NCBI GenBank assembly: GCA_024405755.1
Contig: JAKSOD010000004.1
Coordinates: 991 to 64,990, forward strand
Length of the DNA stretch: 64,000 nt
Source: Clostridia bacterium
GTDB taxonomy: Bacteria; Bacillota; Clostridia; Oscillospirales; CAG-272
Direction: 5' to 3'
The notes under the pieces were generated by a model, which saw nothing but the letters and a program-made list of their open reading frames with translations, made no database searches and had not been told where the DNA came from. The position numbers and the translations under genes are program-made. Below, one piece after another: positions 47,875 to 56,014 of this stretch (positions within the stretch are counted from its first letter, which is position 1; every line of letters begins with the position of its first letter).

Positions 47875-48798
47875 TTACAGTATTTCCGTCTCGCATAAGA
47901 AGGTGAATTCATCTCCGGGATGCAAAAGATTTGTGCCCGGTCTTGTCATGGCATTGTCGGGGAGGGTACCGTCGGGAGCATCAAAAGACGGCAGTCCGCG
48001 CCACGGCTCAATACAGATAAACGGCGCATCGGTGTGTGCAGGCTGCCAGAATCCGAATGTTGCGGCATCGGGACAGCTTATCCTTACCGAATGCGGCGTT
48101 TTTTTATTTTGAGATGAACTTGATTCAGCAAATTCGGCGGATTCCAGCGTCACCGAGGTGACATTCGTCAGAATGATCGCATCGTGATCAAAGAGAGAAT
48201 TATCAATGTCAATATATCTGTCATCCCGAAGGGGATAAGGCTCCGCCTCACCGGACATAAAGAAGTTATCGGACAGCAGAAGTCTGCGCGGCGGCTCGGA
48301 ATATTCGAGTTTCAGCCGTGATTTATCCGACGGAAGAATAAATCCCGGGTGCAGTCCCACCGAAAACGGAAGAATTACGCTGTCGGTGTTTTTTACAGTG
48401 ACACGGGAGATCATTTGATTTCCGTCAAGCCGGAATGAGCGGCAGAGATCAAACCGGAAAGGATAAGATTCAGCGGTCGTTGGGTTATCCCGGAAGAAAA
48501 AACTGACCGAATGATTTTCTTTATCGTTTTCGATATGTTCCGGTGACAGAAAACGGGCGAAACCGTGGATCCCGAGTCGGAATTCCCGTTCGCGGCAGAT
48601 CCACGAACCTCCGCGAAGCCTGCCGACTGTCGGAAAAAGCAGCGGAGCATGTTCGCCCCAGTATTTTCCGTCTCCGTTCCAGAGAAGTTCCATGACGTTT
48701 TCCCTGTCATGCACCGAAAGTGATATCGGCTCGCCTCCCGTTTGACGAAAAACGGCTCGCAGTATGCCGTTATCAAGAACATATTGTTTTTCGGTCAT
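47875..48798 (-). CDS. Aldose 1-epimerase family protein
   Basis: ...LFPTVGRL...GIHGFAR...VGLHPGF...ICIEPW fits the mutarotase-like fold. The ATG at 48798 follows a GGAGGG RBS. Confidence 0.7.
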   Translation of the reverse strand: MTEKQYVLDNGILRAVFRQTGGEPISLSVHDRENVMELLWNGDGKYWGEHAPLLFPTVGRLRGGSWICREREFRLGIHGFARFLSPEHIENDKENHSVSFFFRDNPTTAESYPFRFDLCRSFRLDGNQMISRVTVKNTDSVILPFSVGLHPGFILPSDKSRLKLEYSEPPRRLLLSDNFFMSGEAEPYPLRDDRYIDIDNSLFDHDAIILTNVTSVTLESAEFAESSSSQNKKTPHSVRISCPDAATFGFWQPAHTDAPFICIEPWRGLPSFDAPDGTLPDNAMTRPGTNLLHPGDEFTFLCETEIL

Positions 48799-48977
48799 GT
48801 TTTTCCCTCCGTCATTTTTCTGTCTCAATTATACCGCTTATTGCTTTGAATTTCAATACTTTTCCTTTCTTCCGCATGTCAAAATGGGATAAATCGGATA
48901 AAACTGCGCATACTGTTTCCGACGGGTTTTTTGAGAATGACAACGCGGTAATCATGAAAACAGTAAAGGAGATACCT

Positions 48978-50036
48978 ATGAAGAATAAACCGGTAAACAC
49001 GGATGGGGCGGCTGTGGTCTCAGTTTCATCCGTGGTTGGAAAAAAAGAATATGACGGTCCTCTCGGGGAAAAATTTGACGTTCACGACGAAACCGACCGT
49101 TTCGGACAGAAGACATTTGAACTTTCGGAAAGTGAAATGCAGAGGGAAGCAATGAGCCTGACGCTCGGTAAGGCGGGACTGTCCGCAGCCGATATCGGTG
49201 CCGTATTTGCCGGTGATCTTCTGAATCAGTGTGTCGGGTCTGCATACGGACTTATCGAATACGACGTGCCTTATTTCGGACTGTACGGAGCCTGCTCTAC
49301 GGCTGCGGAGGGACTGACACTTGCCGCAATGTTAACGTCAAAGGGAATTTACGACAGATGTATGAGTGTAACTTCGTCGCATAACGCCTCCGCAGAGCGT
49401 CAGTACAGAAATCCTCTCGAATACGGCGGACAGAGACCGCCCACGGCACAGTGGACAGTCACGGGATCCGGTGCGTATCTTGTTGAGGGAGGTTATGGGA
49501 AGAATTCGGCGGAACACTCCGACGGCTTGTCTCCGATGGCATATATCACTGAGGTAATGCCCGGTATCGTGGTGCAGAAGGGCGTCACTGATCTTACTAA
49601 TATGGGAGCGGCAATGGCACCTGCAGCGGTTGAGAGCCTGCTGGGGTATTTTGATTCCACAGGTACCGGACCCGATGATTTTGATCTGATAATCACGGGA
49701 GATCTCGGATTTGAAGGAACTTCTATTCTGCGTGAGATCCTTGCGGTATCGGGGAAAGACCCGGGCGACAGACTCACGGACTGCGGTATGCTTATTTATG
49801 ATAGGTACGGTCAGGATGTGCACAGCGGCGGGTCCGGATGCGGATGTTCTTCCGTAGTTCTGGCGGCACATTTCCTTCCAATGCTGAAATCGGGAGAATT
49901 GAACGACGTTCTGTTTCTCGGCACGGGAGCTATGTCAAGTCCTGCCGCTACACGTCAGGGGCAGGTCATTCCCGGTGTGGCACACCTATTGAGACTGATG
50001 TCACCTGCGGCGTACGAAAGAGGGGCAAAAAGATGA
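48978..50036 (+). CDS. spoVAD: Stage V sporulation protein AD
   Basis: The thiolase-like SpoVAD pattern is present: GKKEYDGPLGEKFD...QKTFELSESEMQ...GDLLNQC..S.Y......PYFGLYGACST..E.L..AA. The ATG at 48978 follows an AAGGAG RBS. Confidence 0.85.
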   Translation: MKNKPVNTDGAAVVSVSSVVGKKEYDGPLGEKFDVHDETDRFGQKTFELSESEMQREAMSLTLGKAGLSAADIGAVFAGDLLNQCVGSAYGLIEYDVPYFGLYGACSTAAEGLTLAAMLTSKGIYDRCMSVTSSHNASAERQYRNPLEYGGQRPPTAQWTVTGSGAYLVEGGYGKNSAEHSDGLSPMAYITEVMPGIVVQKGVTDLTNMGAAMAPAAVESLLGYFDSTGTGPDDFDLIITGDLGFEGTSILREILAVSGKDPGDRLTDCGMLIYDRYGQDVHSGGSGCGCSSVVLAAHFLPMLKSGELNDVLFLGTGAMSSPAATRQGQVIPGVAHLLRLMSPAAYERGAKR

Positions 50037-50407
50037 ATTTTTCTGATTATATGCAATATATCTGGGCATTTATCATCGGTGGTGCTATCTGCGTGATAGC
50101 TCAGATCCTTATCGACCGAACAAAACTTACCCCTGCACGTATTCTTGTCGGATACGTTGTTGCCGGCGTTTTTCTCGGTGCCGTGGGACTTTATAAATAT
50201 ATAGCCGATTTTGCCGGCGGAGGCGCAACAGTACCTCTTTCCGGATTTGGATTTCTTATTGCTAAGGGCGTAAAAAAGGCGGTTGACGAGAGAGGCTTGC
50301 TCGGAGTGCTGACCGGAAGCCTTACCGCCGCAGCGGGAGGAACTGCTGCGGCGTTGGTTTTCAGCTTTATTGCTGCCTGCGTTACCACAAGCAAACCGAA
50401 AAAATAA
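50033..50407 (+). CDS. spoVAE: Stage V sporulation protein AE (SpoVAEb-type)
   Basis: IWAFIIGGAICVIAQILIDRTKLTPARI...FAGGGATVPLSGFG closely parallels B. subtilis SpoVAEb. The ATG overlaps the spoVAD stop (ATGA). Confidence 0.85.
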   Translation: MNFSDYMQYIWAFIIGGAICVIAQILIDRTKLTPARILVGYVVAGVFLGAVGLYKYIADFAGGGATVPLSGFGFLIAKGVKKAVDERGLLGVLTGSLTAAAGGTAAALVFSFIAACVTTSKPKK

Positions 50408-50449
50408 TTCTGTCTTATGGAGGGAAAAAATTTCTTTGCCCGTAAACGG

Positions 50450-50478
50450 TTGCAAAAAGTCGAAAAATATGTTATAAT
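50450..50478 (+). promoter_or_regulatory. Sigma-A-type promoter for the Ig-like surface protein gene
   Basis: TTGCAA at 50450-50455 is followed by a 17-nt spacer and TATAAT at 50473-50478. This leaves a leader of about 120 nt. Confidence 0.6.
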
Positions 50479-50608
50479 TAAAAAAAGTGTCGTTCTGACG
50501 TAATGGATCTGAATAAGATATCGTTCGACACGCACACTTTGTCCTATATATCTGCAGATTAACGCAGAGGTTCGATTCTTTTGCCGTCTCCCACATAAGG
50601 AGGAGAAA

Positions 50609-52618
50609 ATGTTTAGGGAAAAAATGAATTCCGTCCGTAATGACGAAAAAATAAATTTGAAGATACAAAAAAATATACCCGTGGGGATCGTGATATTCAT
50701 TATTACCGTCTTCATAGCTGCGGTACTTGCACTTCCCGTGTTTGCCACGGAAGACACGACTCCGGCGATCCCCATTGACAATCTGAAGATCACAAAGATC
50801 GAAATGGGAAAAACCCCAACTAAATCCGTTTACCGCACCGGTGAGTCCCTCAACGTAGCCGGCGCGACGATAAAGATTTATTACAGCGACAATTCCACGA
50901 AAACAGTTCCCGTAAATTCCAACTGGTGCATAGGGTTTGACAGTTCGTCCGCGGGGACATGTACCGTTACGGTCAGCCATCCCATGGGCGGAAATTCCGT
51001 CACATTCAAAGTTACTATTGCGGCTTTAAAGGGAATAAAGATATCTGCCGTACCGAAAAAGACCGAATACTACGTCGGTGAGGCGGAGGATCGTGCCGGA
51101 CTCGTGGTAACGCAGATCTTTACCGACGGAAGCACCGATACCCTTCCTGACGGATACACCGTAAGTGGATTTGAGACTGCCACAGCCGGGAATAAGCGTA
51201 TCACGGTGAGTTTCGGAGGATTTTCGGCAACGTACCAGATTTCCGTGAAGGAAAGAACAGTATCAAAAATCACCGTCAAAAATGCGCCGACCAGAACAGA
51301 GTACTTTATGGGCGACGAACTTGATCCCACGGGTCTTCTTGTTACAGCGTCATACGACGACGGCAGTGAGTCAGACGTTACCGATTATGTAACACTTGTA
51401 GGATTTGACACATCCGAAATGGGAGTACGTACGGTGACTGTGGTGTATCTGTCGGGATCAACGAATTTCAACGATGCTTTTACGATTACGGTCAAGATCG
51501 CAAGCGCATTGGGAATTGAGATCACGACGCCTGCCGCAAAGACGGAATACCTTGCCGGAGAAGAGTTTGACCCGACGGGGATCGTCGTATCCGTGGTTTT
51601 TGAGGACGGAAAACGTGAGCCGGTGACTGAAGGTCTCGAGTTTTCGGGATTCGTCTCAAATTCTCTCGGCAACAAAACCGTTACGATTGCATACGGCGGA
51701 TTTGAAACCACATATAAAGTCAATATTTCCGTAAGTCCCGATCATGTACATACGGAAGGCGAATTTATCACTATTCTTGAATCCACCTGCACGACTGAAG
51801 GCAGCGAGGGCACATTCTGTACCGTATGCGGAGAGCCGGTGAACGTCAGACCGCTTCCTCTTGCCGAGCATTTGTACGGCGAGTGGGAACGATCCATTGA
51901 GCCGACAGAGACCGAAGACGGTCAGGATAAACGTCAATGTCTTGTCTGCGGAGCGGAGGATGTAAGGATCCTTCCGAAACTCGGACAGATCCTTGAATAT
52001 CACGGAGCTGTTGCGGTGGTCAGCGGTGATTATCTGTATCCGGCAGGAACGGTATTCACCACCCGGGATATCTTCGGAACTCTCGGCGGGAGCGAGCTGA
52101 TCTCAATGAACGCCGCCGCTGCGGAAAAACTCAACGCTGAGGTGTTCTCGGTCATTGAGACGGGATTTACGGATTCCACGGGATCGGTTACCATAATCCC
52201 ACCTACTCCGGTCAAATATTCCATTCCGCTTGTAGGATCTGAACCGTATTCCGAAGTGTATGTTATGAGTGACGGAGAAACTGTTGAATCTATCGTTGAA
52301 AACGGAATGATCGTGTTTTCCTCCGATTATCCCGGAAAATTTGCCATTGTCGGAGTGCTTGCTGAACCAAGACCTGTAACGACTTCCGTGGATGACGAAT
52401 CATCATCTCCTGAGGACGAATCCGGAACTGATCCCGAAAATTCCGGTGTGGATGACACCTCTTCCGATAATACTTCCCCTTCCGATACTTCCGGAGGCGG
52501 TGAAGGTCCGGGTATTTCCCGTACGCTTGGCACGGTGATCATTATTATCGTTGCCGTTGCGATCGTAGGTGTTATCCTTACAGTTGTTTATCTTTATATC
52601 ATAAAAAAATACTATTGA
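50609..52618 (+). CDS. Cell-surface protein with five bacterial Ig-like (Big_3-type) repeats, a Cys-rich module and a C-terminal TM anchor
   Basis: The repeats read ...K(T/R)EY.(V/A)GE(E/A).D..GL.V...(Y/F).DGS......GY.VSGF.T...G.K.(I/V)TV.(Y/F)GG..... A CxxC...CxxC segment follows, then an acidic Ser-rich stalk and a final hydrophobic helix. Confidence 0.8.
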   Translation: MFREKMNSVRNDEKINLKIQKNIPVGIVIFIITVFIAAVLALPVFATEDTTPAIPIDNLKITKIEMGKTPTKSVYRTGESLNVAGATIKIYYSDNSTKTVPVNSNWCIGFDSSSAGTCTVTVSHPMGGNSVTFKVTIAALKGIKISAVPKKTEYYVGEAEDRAGLVVTQIFTDGSTDTLPDGYTVSGFETATAGNKRITVSFGGFSATYQISVKERTVSKITVKNAPTRTEYFMGDELDPTGLLVTASYDDGSESDVTDYVTLVGFDTSEMGVRTVTVVYLSGSTNFNDAFTITVKIASALGIEITTPAAKTEYLAGEEFDPTGIVVSVVFEDGKREPVTEGLEFSGFVSNSLGNKTVTIAYGGFETTYKVNISVSPDHVHTEGEFITILESTCTTEGSEGTFCTVCGEPVNVRPLPLAEHLYGEWERSIEPTETEDGQDKRQCLVCGAEDVRILPKLGQILEYHGAVAVVSGDYLYPAGTVFTTRDIFGTLGGSELISMNAAAAEKLNAEVFSVIETGFTDSTGSVTIIPPTPVKYSIPLVGSEPYSEVYVMSDGETVESIVENGMIVFSSDYPGKFAIVGVLAEPRPVTTSVDDESSSPEDESGTDPENSGVDDTSSDNTSPSDTSGGGEGPGISRTLGTVIIIIVAVAIVGVILTVVYLYIIKKYY

Positions 52619-52644
52619 TAAGAGTAGATTTTTGAAAAAACAAG

Positions 52645-52847
52645 GGGGTGTTAAAAAACTCGTTATCGAGTTTTTTAACACCCCGTCGACATTTGGCTCG
52701 GCGGCTGAACACCGCCGTTTTGCCCTAATAAAAGAGTAAAATCCATCCTCGTTTCAAGGCAAAAACGCCAATGTCGCGTCAAAAGCAGCGGCTCCTGACC
52801 ACTGCTTTTGAGTGGCTGTAAAAAAGTATTGACTTTTTTACAGCCAC
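52645..52847 (-). repeat. Multi-hairpin repeat element B, inverted copy
   Basis: By eye its reverse complement aligns along the full length of 38035-38237 with roughly a dozen differences. Two of these are compensatory pairs in the outer hairpin. Confidence 0.8.
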
Positions 52848-52869
52848 TTGCTGTTATTCTGAAGTTTTT

Positions 52870-54786
52870 TTATGCGGGAGGATTGGTAAGATTCTGAACG
52901 ACTCCGACACCCACGGTGTATGGCAGAGGCAGAGTTGTGATCGATCCTTCCCAACCGGCAATGTAAGTTTCCTTGTAGTTGGGGTTGGATTCATTCCACA
53001 GAACTTTGTTGTAGGACTTTTCACGGTATTTGGGGTATGCCTTGATGCCCTGCGGCCAGAGAAGGGTAGCGGGTTTCATCTTCATATAAGCATTGGATGT
53101 ACCGCTGTCGTTGCCCCATGTGGTGTAACCGTGGTGAGCGACCTGAACGATATCGGATTTCAGATATGTTCCGTACATTCTGTTGCAAATGCTTAATGCT
53201 GCGCCGGTGGCGTCACCGGTATGCATATATACGGTTTCGGCACCGGTTTTTTCATCCTTGAATGTCATTTTGATAATGACGCTGGTGGTGTTGAATGCGT
53301 TGGTAAGAGCGGGAGCATAGCTTTCGATAGTATAGAGAACTTCGAGTTTGGCATTGGCGAAGTAGTAAACATGACCGACGTGAGCAGTGCAGAGATCTGC
53401 ACCGAGACTATCGGCGGCAGCAACTACGTTCGACCATGCGCTGCCTTCGGTGGCTGACCAGTTATCCGCGCCTTTGTTCATATAGTAATTAATGGCTTTC
53501 TGACGCTCGGTATCGGACATAAAGTTGACAATGAAACGTTCAACGGTAATTTTTGCTTTGCTTATTTCGGAGTACTTACCGCCGATCATTCCGGAGTGAT
53601 CACTGTGTGCGTGGGTAATGAGCCATGCGGCAACTCTGATGCCTCCGGTCTTGGCGACATAATCGGCTGACTGCTCTTTCATTTGTTGGACCAGAAGATT
53701 GGCGTGAGCCGTACGGTTGTAACCGCCGTCGACCACAATAAAGCGTCCGTCGGTAAGTCTGATAAGGATGGACATACCGTTGCTGGAATATTCGGTAGCG
53801 GTTGCAGTGGAATTCTTGACGTATTCAAGTCCGATCATGGTGATCTGTGAAGTGGTCACAACATCATACTTGTTCTCATCTGCAAGAGGAACAAGGGACT
53901 GTTTCGTAAACGGCTCAACGATCATGCGGATCGTTTTTTCATAAGCATAGTAACCGATATTGACTGTGTAATTTTCGTTGTAGTATGTAGCAAAACTGTT
54001 ATCGGTGATCTTGTTTGTGGTGTGGCACTTGAAGCCTTCCTGACCGAGTTTTGCGAGGTAAGCGTTGTAGATTTCTTCGGTGGTGCCGGAGAAGATCAGT
54101 TCGTTGCCGTTGCCGGGTTCATAGCAGGAAGTCAGTTTTGCATTTTCCATAATGGGCATTGCGGAAAGGGTTTTGCTCTTGGATCCGGAAGCTTCAATAT
54201 CGGACTTTTTAAGTTTGACGGTCACTTTCCCGGTTGCTTCATCTTTGACCGCGGAGTTCTTGACAAGACGGTTGAAAGTATTGACGGCGGAATTTAATGC
54301 GGTACTCGTATATCCGAGGATAACGATCTTATTTCCCTTGACGGTAACGAGGTAATCGCCGTATTTCATTTCGGAGGCAGCCTCGGCGGTTTCGGGGTAA
54401 TCGGTAAGACCGACAAGGATTTCAAGGGTATCCTTGGGATATTCATCGGCAGGTTTTTTCCAGTCATCATTGATAGGAACTGTGACGTTGGTAACCGTTG
54501 TGATGTTTTTGCGGATGTTCATGGCAGCCTGAACGGATATATCATCGGTATCAAGGTCAACGTGCCGGATAACACGAACGTTGCTTTCTCCGTCGACCAC
54601 AATGTCGAGAGTGTCACCGGAGTCGGGCGTATCGGCGGAATCGTCTGGCGTATCGGACCCTCCGGCAGTATCTGCGGTGTTATCACCGTTTTGGCCGTCG
54701 TCGCATCCGATAAGATATATCGGGACGATCGAGATGATCATTAAAGCGGCAAGCAATAAAGCAAGCAAGCGTTTTCTGAAAATCAT
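52870..54786 (-). CDS. Lipoprotein with a C-terminal metallo-beta-lactamase-fold (ComEC/Rec2-related-like) domain
   Basis: The lipobox is IYLIGC. An acidic linker and about 300 aa of unknown sequence come before ...WLITHAHSDHSG... and ...VAHHGY..., the MBL HxHxDH and distal His motifs. Confidence 0.7.
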   Translation of the reverse strand: MIFRKRLLALLLAALMIISIVPIYLIGCDDGQNGDNTADTAGGSDTPDDSADTPDSGDTLDIVVDGESNVRVIRHVDLDTDDISVQAAMNIRKNITTVTNVTVPINDDWKKPADEYPKDTLEILVGLTDYPETAEAASEMKYGDYLVTVKGNKIVILGYTSTALNSAVNTFNRLVKNSAVKDEATGKVTVKLKKSDIEASGSKSKTLSAMPIMENAKLTSCYEPGNGNELIFSGTTEEIYNAYLAKLGQEGFKCHTTNKITDNSFATYYNENYTVNIGYYAYEKTIRMIVEPFTKQSLVPLADENKYDVVTTSQITMIGLEYVKNSTATATEYSSNGMSILIRLTDGRFIVVDGGYNRTAHANLLVQQMKEQSADYVAKTGGIRVAAWLITHAHSDHSGMIGGKYSEISKAKITVERFIVNFMSDTERQKAINYYMNKGADNWSATEGSAWSNVVAAADSLGADLCTAHVGHVYYFANAKLEVLYTIESYAPALTNAFNTTSVIIKMTFKDEKTGAETVYMHTGDATGAALSICNRMYGTYLKSDIVQVAHHGYTTWGNDSGTSNAYMKMKPATLLWPQGIKAYPKYREKSYNKVLWNESNPNYKETYIAGWEGSITTLPLPYTVGVGVVQNLTNPPA

Positions 54787-54933
54787 TACTTATCTTCCTT
54801 TCCTTTGTGTGGTTTTTTTGCCCAATCGGGAAAACAGGGCACATTTTCAGTTAATTATAACATATAATGATCCGGAATTCAACATAAAAGTGATTATTTT
54901 GAATAATTTTTTCTGTGCAGTACCGCAACCTGC

Positions 54934-55629
54934 TTATTGTACCGGGGGTTCAACGCCAAAAGCGTCGGCAAGTTTTTGCAGAGCCGCTTTTTCAATCCGG
55001 CTGACGTACGAACGTGAGATCCCGAGAACGGCAGCGGTCTCACGCTGAGTATGCTGTTCCCCGCCGTCAAGACCGTATCTGAGTCGTATAACCTGACGTT
55101 CGCGTTCGCAGAGCAGGGCGGTCACAAGAAACTTTGCCTGTTCTGCCATAACGAGACGGTCGATTTCTTCTGCCATATTTTCGTCGCAGTTGATGACGTC
55201 ACCGTAAGTGAGCGGGTTGCCGTCTCGGTCAACGTCTATCGTCTCGTTTATCGACACTTCACTTTGCAGTTTGCGCTGACGGCGAAAGTGCATCAGTATT
55301 TCATTTTGTATGCAGCGGGCAGCATAAGTTGCGAATCTTGCTCCGTGTGACACATCAAAACTGTCCACTGCCTTGATCAGTCCCACGGTGCCGATAGAGA
55401 CAAGATCTTCCTGATCTTTTCCGGAGGAATAGTATTTGCGGACAATGTGTGAAACCAGCCGCAGATTATGTACGATAAGTTCCTCCCGAGCCTTGTTGTC
55501 TCCTTCTGACGCGCGTATGAAAAAATCACGTTCATCCGCGGCGTTCAGAGGCGGCGGAAAACTGTGAGGAGTTCCGATCCCGAGTACGGCGTGGAGAAGT
55601 CTTGACAGCGGAGTCAGAAAATTAATCAT
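54934..55629 (-). CDS. sigK: Sporulation sigma factor, pro-sigma-K-like
   Basis: HNLRLVSHIVRKY, ATYAARCIQNEILMH and ISRSYVSRIEKAAL match sigma-K rather than sigma-E region 2/4 signatures. A short hydrophobic pro-sequence (MINFLTPLSRLLHAVLGIG) precedes FPPPL. The ATG at 55629 lies 6 nt after GGAGGTG. The 326-aa track ORF is an upstream read-through. Confidence 0.7.
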   Translation of the reverse strand: MINFLTPLSRLLHAVLGIGTPHSFPPPLNAADERDFFIRASEGDNKAREELIVHNLRLVSHIVRKYYSSGKDQEDLVSIGTVGLIKAVDSFDVSHGARFATYAARCIQNEILMHFRRQRKLQSEVSINETIDVDRDGNPLTYGDVINCDENMAEEIDRLVMAEQAKFLVTALLCERERQVIRLRYGLDGGEQHTQRETAAVLGISRSYVSRIEKAALQKLADAFGVEPPVQ

Positions 55630-55820
55630 CAGATCACCTCCGATCAGAAAAAAATCAGGCGGGCGCTCTGCACATATGGCAAAATGTCCGCATAAGGAGT
55701 ATATGCCGCTGATGCCGTATGTTTGCTTGTACACCGAATAAAAAAAGCCTTCGGTATTTGTCGGGTCATTGCAGTTTTTGGCTGAAAATGCTGTAATTTT
55801 ATGGGAGTACAATAAACCAC

Positions 55821-55850
55821 TTGACAAAAACGAACGAAAAATGGTACAAT
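55821..55850 (+). promoter_or_regulatory. Sigma-A-type promoter for the SH3b surface protein gene
   Basis: TTGACA at 55821-55826 is followed by an 18-nt spacer and TGgTACAAT (-10 at 55845-55850). This leaves a leader of about 160 nt. Confidence 0.55.
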
Positions 55851-56014
55851 AACAATGTATTGGTATCCACTCCGCTTTTTTCCGTTGGAAAGAGATCCGG
55901 AAAAGGGTTCGCACAAGGTTTAAAACCCGTTATGAAAAACACTGCCTGTGGACGGCAAGTGGAATTACTGCGGAGTATAATAGCTCATTTGTTCCACAAT
56001 AAGGAGATCCCGTT

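Noticed and set aside
47851-47881. Three copies of (AT)ATTACAGT
   Set aside because: It is a short AT-rich repeat overlapping the stop codon and last codons of the epimerase gene. It is too short and too local to interpret.
49955-50980. A 341-aa minus-strand ORF
   Set aside because: It overlaps spoVAE, a consensus plus-strand promoter and the start of the Ig-like surface protein gene. It has no RBS, and its translation is low-complexity.
54934-55914. The 326-aa version of the sigma-factor ORF given in the track
   Set aside because: The extra 95 N-terminal residues have no counterpart in sigma factors. The internal ATG at 55629 has a GGAGGTG RBS and yields a canonical pro-sigma length.
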